Source: a virus
IMG/VR virus record: IMGVR_UViG_3300047560_001714
Span: 123,936 to 187,935 of that record
Length of the DNA: 64,000 bases
Strand: one strand, 5' to 3'
Part shown: positions 29,915 to 39,389 of the stretch, piece after piece
Layout of the letters: every line of letters starts with the position of its first letter
How positions within the stretch are numbered: position 1 is the first letter of the stretch
Made by a program: the position numbers and the translations under genes
Notes under the pieces: generated by a model
Told to the model about the DNA's origin: nothing
Seen by the model: the letters and a program-made list of their open reading frames with translations, nothing else
Databases searched by the model: none

Positions 29915-29992
29915 GTTACCCCCAGTAGGGTTCAGGACGAACCCTACTTATTTTTGGTAAGTGTAAGCCGCAAATTACACAAGGATGTGAAA

Positions 29993-32845
29993 ATGAGTTA
30001 CGTCGATGCAATGTTTGACAAACAAGCCGATATTATTAAAGTTGTAGAACGCACAAATGGCAAACGGACTTTCAGAGAATTCCCAGCCAAGCATACATTT
30101 TATGTCGCTGATACAAAAGGTAAACACGAATCAATATTTGGTTCACCCGTTCGAAAAATCAATTGTAAATCCACAAAAGAATTTCGTAAAGAACTTAGTA
30201 TAAACAATAGTAGACAATTATTTGAAAGTGATTTAAATCCAATCTTTGTTTGTTTAAGTGAACAGTACGAACATCAAGAACCCCCAAAATTAAACATTGC
30301 TTGGTTCGATATCGAGACCGATATGCAACCATTTGCGGTACCATCTCAACAATTTGTTAAAATTAGAAACCATTCATCTCTTTCTGATATAAAAGAGGTT
30401 ACGGTATTCCAATTAGGACAACTCGAAAACAAAGATTCGTATGATGTATACGATGATAATAAAAACAAGTGGGTTAATGTACTAACCTGTCGGCATTTAC
30501 AACCTGGCCCTGGATATGCCGCGCCAGATGATGCGTTTATGCCAATTACATCAATTGCTGTACATTTACAGTGGCTTGATACGTTAATTTGTTTAGCGGT
30601 TCCACCAAAAACACTATCGATGGAGGAGGCGCACGAGTTAATCAAAGATATTCCCAATACTATATTATATACAACTGAATCTGAATTATTAAATGCATTT
30701 CTTTCATTAATAGAGGATGCAGATGTTCTAAGTGGGTGGAACAGTGAAGGATTCGATATACCATACACCGTAAATAGAATAGCAAAAACGTTAGGTAAAA
30801 ACGATACTCGTAGATTATGCTTATTTGATGAATTACCAAGACGCCGCGAATACGAAAAATATGGTAAGAACGCGGTTACATATGATTTAGTGGGTAGAAT
30901 CCACTTAGATAGTTTAGATTTATATAGAAAATATACATATGAGGAACGTCATAGCTATCGATTAGATGCTATTGCGGAATATGAACTAAAAGATCATAAA
31001 ACTGCGTATGAAGGTACGTTAGATCAATTATACAACAATGATTTTAGAAAATTTATTGAATATAATAGACAAGATACCTTTCTTCTTGAAAAACTTGATC
31101 GAAAACTTAAATTTCTTGAATTAGCAAATGCGATTGCACACGAGAACACTGTATTACTACCAACAGTAATGGGTGCGGTGGCGGTAACTGAACAGGCAAT
31201 CATAAACGAAGCACATCGCCGTGGGTTGCAAGTACCTAATCGTAGAAAAAAAGACGATAAAGAAAAAAGTATGGCCGCCGGTGCATATGTTGCACATCCA
31301 AAATGTGGGATACAAGATTGGATCGGTTCGCTTGATATTAATTCTCTATATCCATCAGTTATTAGAGCATTAAATATGGGTCCCGAAACAATTATCGGCC
31401 AACTTAGACCAGTATTGACTGATGCATATTTACGTGCCCAAATAGCAAAAGGAAAATCAATTACCGCAGCTTGGGAAGGTATATTCGGTTCATTAGAATT
31501 TCTTGCAGTTATCAATAAAGAAATAGGAACTGAATTAATTATCGACTGGGAAGACGGTACTAGCGATCGTGTCAGTGCAGCAGAAGTATACAAAATAGTA
31601 TACGAAAGTAACCAGCCTTGGATGCTAAGTGCAAACGGTACTATATTCACCACCGAGCGTGAAGGTGTGATTCCAGGCTTACTGGCTAGATGGTATGCTG
31701 AACGACAAGAAATGCAAGCAAAACTCGCGTTAGCAGAAAAGGCGGGTAATGCGGAGGAAGTCGAATACTGGGATAAACGTCAATTAGTTAAAAAAATTAA
31801 CCTCAATTCATTGTATGGTGCAATTTTAAACGAGGGATGCCGATTCTATGATAAACGTATTGGACAATCAACCACATTAACTGGTAGACAAATCGCCAAA
31901 CATATGGCGGCGTCAGTTAATGAATTTATAACCGGTGAATATGACCACGTAGGTGAATCTGTTATATACGGGGATACCGATAGCTGTTATTTCTCAGCAT
32001 ATTCAACCTATAAAAAAGATATTGATGCTGGGTTAATTCCTTGGACAAAAGAAGATATTATTACATTATATGACCATATTGGTAATGAAGTAAATAAAAC
32101 ATTTTCCGACTTTATGTTAACCACGTTCCATTGTCCATTGTCTCGCGGTGCTGTGATACGTGCAGGTAGAGAAATTGTTGGAAGTAAAGCACTCTTTATT
32201 AAAAAGAAACGATATGCGGTAATGGTATTTGATAAAGATGGTAAACGTAAAGATAAAAACGGCAAAGACGGTGATATTAAAGCGATGGGACTTGATCTCA
32301 AACGGTCTGATACACCTGATTATATTCAAAATTTCTTATCTAAAATCTTAGAAATGGTGTTAGGTGGTGTTAACGAGCAGGAAGTGTTGCAATATATATC
32401 CAGTTTCCGTTCAGAATTTAAAGCAAAACCTGGCTGGGAAAAAGGAACACCTAAACGTGCCAATAATACAACCAAGTACAGATTACTAGAAGAAAAAAAC
32501 GGGAAATCAAACGTACCCGGACATGTTCGCGCTAGTATCAACTGGAATACATTAAAAAATATATTTGGTGACAAATATTCGATGGGTATTGCGGATGGTG
32601 CAAAAGTAATCGTATGTAAACTCAAATCTAACACATTAGGATTTACATCTGTGGCATATCCAGTTGATGAATTAAGATTACCACAGTGGTTTAAAGATTT
32701 ACCATTCGACCATGCTGAAATGGAAGCGGTGTTGATTGATAAAAAAATAGATAATTTAATTGGCGTACTGAACTGGGATCTTAAAAGTACAAAACAACAC
32801 AACACATTTAAATTACTATTTAAAAAGAAAACTGTTGACAAATAA
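29993..32845 (+). CDS. Family B DNA polymerase (T4 gp43-like)
   Basis: ExoI DIETD, ExoII GWNSEGFDIPY, ExoIII YNRQD, DINSLYPS, KINLNSLYG, YGDTDS; AAGGA SD. Confidence 0.95.
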   Translation: MSYVDAMFDKQADIIKVVERTNGKRTFREFPAKHTFYVADTKGKHESIFGSPVRKINCKSTKEFRKELSINNSRQLFESDLNPIFVCLSEQYEHQEPPKLNIAWFDIETDMQPFAVPSQQFVKIRNHSSLSDIKEVTVFQLGQLENKDSYDVYDDNKNKWVNVLTCRHLQPGPGYAAPDDAFMPITSIAVHLQWLDTLICLAVPPKTLSMEEAHELIKDIPNTILYTTESELLNAFLSLIEDADVLSGWNSEGFDIPYTVNRIAKTLGKNDTRRLCLFDELPRRREYEKYGKNAVTYDLVGRIHLDSLDLYRKYTYEERHSYRLDAIAEYELKDHKTAYEGTLDQLYNNDFRKFIEYNRQDTFLLEKLDRKLKFLELANAIAHENTVLLPTVMGAVAVTEQAIINEAHRRGLQVPNRRKKDDKEKSMAAGAYVAHPKCGIQDWIGSLDINSLYPSVIRALNMGPETIIGQLRPVLTDAYLRAQIAKGKSITAAWEGIFGSLEFLAVINKEIGTELIIDWEDGTSDRVSAAEVYKIVYESNQPWMLSANGTIFTTEREGVIPGLLARWYAERQEMQAKLALAEKAGNAEEVEYWDKRQLVKKINLNSLYGAILNEGCRFYDKRIGQSTTLTGRQIAKHMAASVNEFITGEYDHVGESVIYGDTDSCYFSAYSTYKKDIDAGLIPWTKEDIITLYDHIGNEVNKTFSDFMLTTFHCPLSRGAVIRAGREIVGSKALFIKKKRYAVMVFDKDGKRKDKNGKDGDIKAMGLDLKRSDTPDYIQNFLSKILEMVLGGVNEQEVLQYISSFRSEFKAKPGWEKGTPKRANNTTKYRLLEEKNGKSNVPGHVRASINWNTLKNIFGDKYSMGIADGAKVIVCKLKSNTLGFTSVAYPVDELRLPQWFKDLPFDHAEMEAVLIDKKIDNLIGVLNWDLKSTKQHNTFKLLFKKKTVDK

Positions 32846-32863
32846 CCAAAAATTCGATATAAT
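32835..32863 (+). promoter_or_regulatory. Consensus sigma70 promoter overlapping the polB 3' end
   Basis: TTGACA-N17-TATAAT. Confidence 0.8.
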
Positions 32864-32885
32864 AATCAAAAATTAGGAATTATAG

Positions 32886-33617
32886 ATGAAAGACTTTTTA
32901 AAGGACTTAGTTTCACATACTCATAGTTTAGGGGTTATACCTATAATTAGAGTAACCGCAAACAACGGTGAGGTACGTGTTGATTCATTAGCGGAAGACC
33001 ATTCTGTTATTTTAAATGCAAAAACACACCAACCTGTCGCCAATTTAGATGGTGTATTTGGTATGCCTAATCTTAATAAGTTAGATTTGCATCTGAAATG
33101 TCCAGAATATAAAGAAAATGCATCTATCGATTTAATGTATGATGTAAGTTCAGAACAACAAATCCCATCCGGGTTGCTATTTAAAAATAGCGTTGGTGAC
33201 TATACTAATGAATATCGATTCATGTCTAGGAAAATTGTTGACCAGAAACTTGATGAATTTGAATGCCCAGATGTTAGATGGGATATCGAGTTTCAACCAG
33301 CTCAAACAAGTATCCAACGTTTTAAATATCAAATAGGAACCCACTTAGAGGACCCATCATTTTCAATTTCGTTACAATCATCTGATATTGTGTTTAAATT
33401 CGGTTCAATTGTATCACACGCTGGGTCCTTCGTGTTTCAATCAAATGTTTCTGGAAAGTTGCGGTCAACTTTGATATTTCCAAAAAATATCGTATTGAGT
33501 GTCCTTAACTTATCTGGCGACAAAACAATTAAATTATCTGATAGTGGTGCAATGCTAATATCAGTTGATAGTGGAATAGCAGTATATGATTATATATTTC
33601 CAGCGGAGTTAGATTAA
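32886..33617 (+). CDS. Probable sliding clamp (gp45/PCNA-like)
   Basis: 243 aa alternating beta/alpha pattern, directly after PolB, and a clamp loader is present in the window. Assigned mainly from size and context. Confidence 0.5.
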   Translation: MKDFLKDLVSHTHSLGVIPIIRVTANNGEVRVDSLAEDHSVILNAKTHQPVANLDGVFGMPNLNKLDLHLKCPEYKENASIDLMYDVSSEQQIPSGLLFKNSVGDYTNEYRFMSRKIVDQKLDEFECPDVRWDIEFQPAQTSIQRFKYQIGTHLEDPSFSISLQSSDIVFKFGSIVSHAGSFVFQSNVSGKLRSTLIFPKNIVLSVLNLSGDKTIKLSDSGAMLISVDSGIAVYDYIFPAELD

Positions 33618-33877
33618 TGGAAAGTTACATTACCCTAGACGAACTTGAAATGTTACGGCTAATCGACAAAGCATTAGTATCAACAGTTCCAGCGGTTGTT
33701 CAATGCAGAGAACAGTTGTTAACGCTAGTTAACCTAGCGCATAGTGATGAAAAATTAAAAGGAGGCTGCATTGACAAACTATTATTTGAAAATACTATTT
33801 TGCGGGTCGCGGCTGACGTTACACGAAACACAGAAAAACAAAACTTTTTACAACCAACCATAATGAAAGGAATCTAA
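33617..33877 (+). CDS. Hypothetical protein
   Basis: Coupled TAATG overlap. Confidence 0.5.
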   Translation: MESYITLDELEMLRLIDKALVSTVPAVVQCREQLLTLVNLAHSDEKLKGGCIDKLLFENTILRVAADVTRNTEKQNFLQPTIMKGI

Positions 33878-33879
33878 AA

Positions 33880-34119
33880 ATGGCTAAGAATTATAAAACA
33901 TTCTCATATTTTGAAAGCAGACCCGATATCGTAAAAATCTTTGAAGATTTAGAATCATTCCACGATTTTTGTAGAATTGAGTTGCGTCCCTATGATCCAG
34001 CTGAATTATATCGCAAAGATTCAAAATCCTGGAATGCATATATTGCCAGTAAACGTCCAAAAAAACCATACCAAGGTAATAAACCTTGGACCCAGAAACC
34101 AAAGTTTGAAAAGAAGTAA
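33880..34119 (+). CDS. Hypothetical protein
   Basis: AAGGA SD; 79 aa. Confidence 0.6.
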   Translation: MAKNYKTFSYFESRPDIVKIFEDLESFHDFCRIELRPYDPAELYRKDSKSWNAYIASKRPKKPYQGNKPWTQKPKFEKK

Positions 34120-34170
34120 AGGAACAATGGTGGGGGAGAAATCCCCCACCGTACTAAATCAAGGAATGAT

Positions 34171-34542
34171 ATGGCACTTACATACCCAACTTATTCAATT
34201 AACGGTAACTATATAAGCACCACAACTGGTGCATACCCCAGTACTAGTACTAGTACTAGTTCTAATACTATATCAGCTAATACATTTACAACCAGTGGTG
34301 GTACACCAGTATTCACGCTGTCAGATGGCCCACCAACCACATCATTATCTATCAAAGGTGACATTGTAATGAATGGTGAAAGTCTTGAAGACAGATTAGC
34401 AAGAATAGAAAATATGCTGTTTATTCCGCAACGTAAATTAGCATTAGAACAGAAATACGAAATACTACGTAACGCGTGGTTAGCGTATCAAGAAGCTGCG
34501 GATGCTTGTAAAAATTGGGAATTGCTTAAAGGCGATGATTAA
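34171..34542 (+). CDS. Hypothetical protein, S/T-rich N-terminus
   Basis: AAGGA SD; AGTACT microrepeat at about 34241-34261. Confidence 0.6.
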   Translation: MALTYPTYSINGNYISTTTGAYPSTSTSTSSNTISANTFTTSGGTPVFTLSDGPPTTSLSIKGDIVMNGESLEDRLARIENMLFIPQRKLALEQKYEILRNAWLAYQEAADACKNWELLKGDD

Positions 34543-34568
34543 TAACACAACCTATCAATAACACTTAT

Positions 34569-34760
34569 ATGAAAATGAACTTAGATCTAAACGGATTAAC
34601 GTTAACCCCACGTCAGCAAAACGCTATCAATAAACTAATCGATACAGTTGAACTCGATATTATAAATGATAACCTAGTCAATACATGCGACTCTATTACA
34701 TACAATGCCGATGGTTCTAAAACATATACAATAATAGGAAAATTCGATGAGTTTGAGTGA
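34569..34760 (+). CDS. Hypothetical protein
   Basis: 63 aa, co-oriented with neighbours. Confidence 0.45.
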   Translation: MKMNLDLNGLTLTPRQQNAINKLIDTVELDIINDNLVNTCDSITYNADGSKTYTIIGKFDEFE

Positions 34761-34908
34761 ACAAGAATTAAAAGATAAAATAGCAATGGTGGAAAAAGAT
34801 ATATCATCGAATATATCAAATATTAAACATTTGAACGTTCTCTCTGAATATAAAGAGTATCTACAAGACGAACTCAAACAATTACAACAATTAAGCAAGA
34901 ATAACTAA
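34747..34908 (+). CDS. Small coiled-coil hypothetical protein (53 aa, below the ORF-track cut-off)
   Basis: MSLSEQELKDKIAMVEKDISS...LKQLQQLSKNN fills the gap up to ATG 34910. Confidence 0.5.
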   Translation: MSLSEQELKDKIAMVEKDISSNISNIKHLNVLSEYKEYLQDELKQLQQLSKNN

Positions 34909-34909
34909 T

Positions 34910-35344
34910 ATGAAAGCACAAACACCTGCCGAAGGTATTTACAAAAATGCCGAATTTTGCGACTCTGTTTTTTATACCGTTCCATGTTCTTGCGGTAGTC
35001 CAGATGATGAAATTGAATTTTCAGTCGAGGTTGACGAATTTGATATCATATCCGTAAACACGTATTTTACACCAAAGAATGCACATTGGAAAAAACTGGT
35101 TGACGAACACTCAAAATTTGACAGCATCTTTTTATGGAATTTAGAGTATAGTATTCGTTCATTTATAAACGGGTTGTACCAACGTCTACTGGTTACTTAC
35201 CAAGTATGGACACAAGGCTATATAAAAACGTATTCAACCACCATATTGTCAGAACAACAAGCATTAAATTATGCTAATGTTTTAAAATCAGCAATTGCTG
35301 ATAAACAAAAATTTGCACAAAAACGGAAAAAAAATAATGATTAA
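34910..35344 (+). CDS. Hypothetical protein
   Basis: 144 aa; contains a CSC motif. Confidence 0.6.
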   Translation: MKAQTPAEGIYKNAEFCDSVFYTVPCSCGSPDDEIEFSVEVDEFDIISVNTYFTPKNAHWKKLVDEHSKFDSIFLWNLEYSIRSFINGLYQRLLVTYQVWTQGYIKTYSTTILSEQQALNYANVLKSAIADKQKFAQKRKKNND

Positions 35345-35714
35345 ATTTTTTAAAAAGTTTTTTTCTAAATCAAGTAAAGAATTACCTAGTACCCCTTTTC
35401 CACAAAAACCATTGACGGCAAAAGAAATTGCCAACAAAAAGAAAGAACCGTGGGTTGATGTAATCGGATTCAAAGTTAACAAGGATAACATTCGAAATGG
35501 GTTTTACGAACTTGACTGGAATGATTATTTTATTATAGAATTAAAAAAAGAAGAATATGGGTTCGATGGTGATCCCGATGAAGAAATTGTTTCAAGATGG
35601 TTTAGAGATGTATGTATGAATGCGGCCGCTGCCGAAGGTATTGATATGACTGATAGAGCAGCTGGATATCTAAACGTTACTAATTTTAACCGTAGCTTAG
35701 GGAATAACCAATGA
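35337..35714 (+). CDS. Hypothetical protein (likely start MIKFFKK)
   Basis: Overlapping-start coupling with neighbours. Confidence 0.6.
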   Translation: MIKFFKKFFSKSSKELPSTPFPQKPLTAKEIANKKKEPWVDVIGFKVNKDNIRNGFYELDWNDYFIIELKKEEYGFDGDPDEEIVSRWFRDVCMNAAAAEGIDMTDRAAGYLNVTNFNRSLGNNQ

Positions 35715-36292
35715 GTTCAACTAATCGTTCAAGTGCGCGTGATAAACATATTTCAGATTATTACGTTACACCAACCAAAAGTATCGCTGAATTCATTACT
35801 GCATTTGAAGCAGACTACGGATCTCTCGGTTCAGAAATATTAGATCCTTGCGCTGGCGGTGATACTCATAATCCAATGAGTTATCCAGTTGCACTAAATG
35901 CAGCTGGGTATAAAAATATAACTACTATCGACTCAAGACTTGATTCATTAGCTGGTTTAAAAGGTATCGACTATTTAGACTTTGATATAAGTACATTACC
36001 AACGCAACCAGATTGTATTATAACTAACCCACCATTTAACCAAGCACTTGAAATAATCAAAAAGGCATTGGATGACGTGCAACCGGGCGGGTATGTTATT
36101 ATGCTATTACGGTTAAACTTTCTTGGTTCAAAAACAAGATTTCCATTCTGGCAGCATAATATGCCAATGGTGTGTTATGTTCATTCAGCCCGAATGAAAT
36201 TCTTAAACACTGGCGGAACCGATTCTATTGAGTACATGCATTGTGTATGGAAAAAGGGTTCCACCACCCCAACAACACTTAAAATTATTTAA
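35711..36292 (+). CDS. Amino (N6-adenine/N4-cytosine type) DNA methyltransferase, orphan
   Basis: ILDPCAGG SAM-binding motif and IITNPPF catalytic motif. Confidence 0.8.
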   Translation: MSSTNRSSARDKHISDYYVTPTKSIAEFITAFEADYGSLGSEILDPCAGGDTHNPMSYPVALNAAGYKNITTIDSRLDSLAGLKGIDYLDFDISTLPTQPDCIITNPPFNQALEIIKKALDDVQPGGYVIMLLRLNFLGSKTRFPFWQHNMPMVCYVHSARMKFLNTGGTDSIEYMHCVWKKGSTTPTTLKII

Positions 36293-36293
36293 T

Positions 36294-37283
36294 ATGACGT
36301 ATATTTTAGTGGATTTATCCAACACATTTTACCGAGCAAGACACGCAATCAAAGGTTCTTCTGATTTGAAACTGGGGATGGCATTTCATATTACATTTAA
36401 CAGTATTAAAAAAGCATGGCAAGATTTTGGTGGTAAACACGTTGTGGTTTGTTTAGAGGGGCGGTCTTGGCGTAAAGATTTCTATGGTCCATACAAAGCA
36501 AACCGAACCGCAACTCGCGCAGCCATGAGTGTCTCCGAGCAAGAGGAAGAACAACTGTTTTGGGAGGCATTTACGGAATTTAAAACATTTATTGCAGAAA
36601 AAACCAACTGTACAGTATTACATCATCCGCAACTTGAAGCTGATGATTTGATTGCTGGATTTATCCAAATGCATCCAGAATCCAAGCATGTGATTATATC
36701 GTCCGATAGTGATTTTCAACAGCTAATAAATGCAAATGTAAGCCAATATAATGGAATTGCAGACCAACATATCACAATTGATGGGTATTACGATGCAAAA
36801 GGTACGCCAATCAAAGATAAAAAAACTGGCGAACTGAAAAAACCATTAGATCCTGAATGGATGCTATTTGAAAAATGCATTCGTGGTGACACTAGTGATA
36901 ATATCTTTTCTGCATACCCAGGTGTGCGTACTAAAGGTACAAAGAATAAAGTAGGATTATTAGAAGCATTTGGCGATCGTAAAGATAAAGGCTATGCATG
37001 GAATAATTTAATGCTGCAAAGATGGGTTGACCACAATGGTGTTGAACATCGCGTATTAGATGATTACGAACGAAATCGTAAACTTATTGATTTGACCAAA
37101 CAACCAATTGAATTCCGTTCTGCTATAGAAGATACAATAAAAGAAAATGCTGTTCCAAAGGGAATTTCCCAAGTCGGCATTAAAATGTTAAAATTTTGTC
37201 AACAATATGATATGAAACGAATTATGGATAGTGTTCAACACTATTCCGAGCCGTTGCAAGCAAATTACGTTGGTGAAATCTAG
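36294..37283 (+). CDS. 5'-3' exonuclease/T4 RNase H-like (FEN family)
   Basis: LVDLSN, WRKDFY..YKANR, LEADDLIA, SSDSDFQQL, GDTSDNI. Confidence 0.88.
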   Translation: MTYILVDLSNTFYRARHAIKGSSDLKLGMAFHITFNSIKKAWQDFGGKHVVVCLEGRSWRKDFYGPYKANRTATRAAMSVSEQEEEQLFWEAFTEFKTFIAEKTNCTVLHHPQLEADDLIAGFIQMHPESKHVIISSDSDFQQLINANVSQYNGIADQHITIDGYYDAKGTPIKDKKTGELKKPLDPEWMLFEKCIRGDTSDNIFSAYPGVRTKGTKNKVGLLEAFGDRKDKGYAWNNLMLQRWVDHNGVEHRVLDDYERNRKLIDLTKQPIEFRSAIEDTIKENAVPKGISQVGIKMLKFCQQYDMKRIMDSVQHYSEPLQANYVGEI

Positions 37284-37293
37284 TAAAAACTAC

Positions 37294-37322
37294 TTGACAT
37301 CGGTTGGTTAATAATCTATAAT
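37294..37322 (+). promoter_or_regulatory. Consensus sigma70 promoter inside an inverted repeat
   Basis: TTGACA-N17-TATAAT; arms at 37300-37311 and 37335-37346. Confidence 0.85.
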
Positions 37323-37353
37323 AGCATTTTCAATTTAACCAACCGAGGTACAT

Positions 37354-37824
37354 ATGACAACACGGCTGCTTTTTCCTACATCAACCAATGTATCATCTTT
37401 ATTATCTACTGTAAAGAATAAGGTCACCAAGTCTATCACTAAGTTCAAATTTAATGAAAAATGGAAAGACCGTAATAAACAATATGGTGATATCTATACT
37501 CAACTACTTGAGGTTGACGCACTTTGCATACAAGGATTTATATTTGTTGAAGCCACACCAGAAATCGTGGCAAAATTAGATAATCTTGGTTTTACCTTAG
37601 TTGAGGGATTTGCCCACGAACAAATTATAAAAAAATTTTCTTGTACTGTATACAATGAAAAATATAATGTAGCAATATCTCTTTATAATACAGAAACCAA
37701 ATCTGCTATTTTGACAGCACATAAAATCGTTAATGATTCGTTATTAGAGGTTATGGTAAAAAATCCAGTTGTCAGTTTATTTGTTTTTAGTACAGCGGTC
37801 ACTCAACTTATGGAGGATACATGA
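37354..37824 (+). CDS. Hypothetical early protein
   Basis: GAGGT SD; directly behind the promoter. Confidence 0.6.
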   Translation: MTTRLLFPTSTNVSSLLSTVKNKVTKSITKFKFNEKWKDRNKQYGDIYTQLLEVDALCIQGFIFVEATPEIVAKLDNLGFTLVEGFAHEQIIKKFSCTVYNEKYNVAISLYNTETKSAILTAHKIVNDSLLEVMVKNPVVSLFVFSTAVTQLMEDT

Positions 37825-38291
37825 GTGAAATTCACGCATTACCGATAATCGATGGAAGTTTGTGGGTGGTGGAGCAAGATGGTGAAAAAATTGCCACACT
37901 TCGCAAACAAGAAAATAATAAATTCTTGTTGTCATCAAACTATGACAACAAGATGTGGTTTAACAAACAAGAAGATGTCGTAAACACCTTTGGGGAAACT
38001 TTTTTCTTAAAAACACCCATAAATAATAAACAAATCGCGCCATATGATTGTCATGGATTTGTCACAAAAGATAAACCATATAACGCAATGTATGATGTTA
38101 AAAGAAAATTGCCGTTGTTTACAAAAAGTAAGCAAAGTAAAAGTTTATATTGTGCAGGATGGTACACAGTTAAATTTAAAAACTGGGTGCTGATCTTTTG
38201 TCCAAAGTTGGTTACTATCGACCAATACGAAAGTCATGGTCCATTTCATACTAAATTAGAAGCGAAACATTTTAAATGCAACATCAAATAA
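37821..38291 (+). CDS. Hypothetical protein
   Basis: ATGA overlap. Confidence 0.6.
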   Translation: MSEIHALPIIDGSLWVVEQDGEKIATLRKQENNKFLLSSNYDNKMWFNKQEDVVNTFGETFFLKTPINNKQIAPYDCHGFVTKDKPYNAMYDVKRKLPLFTKSKQSKSLYCAGWYTVKFKNWVLIFCPKLVTIDQYESHGPFHTKLEAKHFKCNIK

Positions 38292-38521
38292 ACCCTACCC
38301 CAATTACGCAATTTGCACAATTACTTCGTGCGGCTGAACTATCTCAGCAAAGAGAAGTAAAAATACCCATCAATCAAGCTAGATTGTTAAATATTACACT
38401 GATGGAGGTGTTAGATAAACTAACACAAGATTATGAATCTTTATATAATTTACTAAAATCATCTGCAGAAACTGAAAATATTTCAGTGGAAGTCGATGGT
38501 GGTGGGTTTATTAATAAGTAA
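38276..38521 (+). CDS. Hypothetical protein
   Basis: 81 aa, helical. Confidence 0.55.
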   Translation: MQHQINPTPITQFAQLLRAAELSQQREVKIPINQARLLNITLMEVLDKLTQDYESLYNLLKSSAETENISVEVDGGGFINK

Positions 38522-38525
38522 AGGG

Positions 38526-38532
38526 ATAAATA
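38526..38532 (+). promoter_or_regulatory. T4-like late promoter core ATAAATA
   Basis: About 25 nt upstream of ATG 38557. Confidence 0.45.
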
Positions 38533-38556
38533 TATACGTAGTTAATGGAGACGTAT

Positions 38557-38850
38557 ATGGCTAGACCTAAACCAAATGTATTAATAGAACATACTGACAA
38601 ATCAACTTATAAAATTACCCAAATATTAGAGGCAGATGCGGTATGGGCGGTGTTCTATAACAATACCGCATTTAATCTAAAAAATTGTAATGCATTGACC
38701 AGTCATCCTGGACCAAAATATAAAAAGACGTCGTTCAGCAATCCTGGACACGCACATAATTTAGCAGAAAAGTTAAACACATTATTTAATACATCAGCGT
38801 TTAATGTTGTAAAACTATCAAATGGTGGTATTGTGTATGATACCAAATAG
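38557..38850 (+). CDS. Hypothetical protein (MARPKPNVL)
   Basis: GGAG SD at 38547-38550. Confidence 0.6.
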   Translation: MARPKPNVLIEHTDKSTYKITQILEADAVWAVFYNNTAFNLKNCNALTSHPGPKYKKTSFSNPGHAHNLAEKLNTLFNTSAFNVVKLSNGGIVYDTK

Positions 38851-39250
38851 AAATGATTTAACTAAAATATTCCTTAATCAATGGAACGTTAGCGCGGATG
38901 AGGTAAATGTAAAGTTTTATTCGCGCAAATGGTGGCACTCCTTTAGGACTCGTGATCCATCATATAGATTATCCGACGAAGGATATAAATTTCTACTTGA
39001 CACATTGAATTTAACAGCGTATACTGTACCCTTTAATGAGTCGATTGAGAAAAGCCCTCAAACAATGATATTTCTTAGTAGGTATATTAATTGTCCCTAC
39101 TATTTGACACATCAAAGTATTACGGTATTTTCAGAAATAAAAAGTTTTGAACTTCATTTATTTTCCGATGATATACGTAAATACGGTTTGTTAAAAGCGG
39201 TTACAGCACGCAATGAAGCAATTGCAAAACTTAACGAAAAAAGTTCTTGA
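38837..39250 (+). CDS. Hypothetical protein
   Basis: Overlaps the upstream stop. Confidence 0.6.
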   Translation: MIPNRNDLTKIFLNQWNVSADEVNVKFYSRKWWHSFRTRDPSYRLSDEGYKFLLDTLNLTAYTVPFNESIEKSPQTMIFLSRYINCPYYLTHQSITVFSEIKSFELHLFSDDIRKYGLLKAVTARNEAIAKLNEKSS

Positions 39251-39346
39251 CAATGTTTTTAAAAGTCTGTAAAATATGTACCAAGAGTTGAGACACTAGA
39301 TTGATAAAAAATAGTTCTTGACAATGTTGTAAACAAGATGTATAAT
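39247..39346 (+). promoter_or_regulatory. Two tandem sigma70 promoters
   Basis: TTGACA-N17-TAAAAT (39247-39275) and TTGACA-N17-TATAAT (39318-39346); both contain AGTTCTTGACAATGTT. Confidence 0.8.
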
Positions 39347-39389
39347 TCACACTTTATTTTTTTATTTTTTCACACAGAGAGAGATTACT

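Noticed and set aside
29993-32845. Functional intein or altered-base polymerase
   Set aside because: No complete splicing motifs are present and the catalytic motifs are canonical.
33771-33798. Possible sigma70 promoter TTGACA-N16-TACTAT
   Set aside because: The -10 is weak and the spacing suboptimal, so there is too little support.
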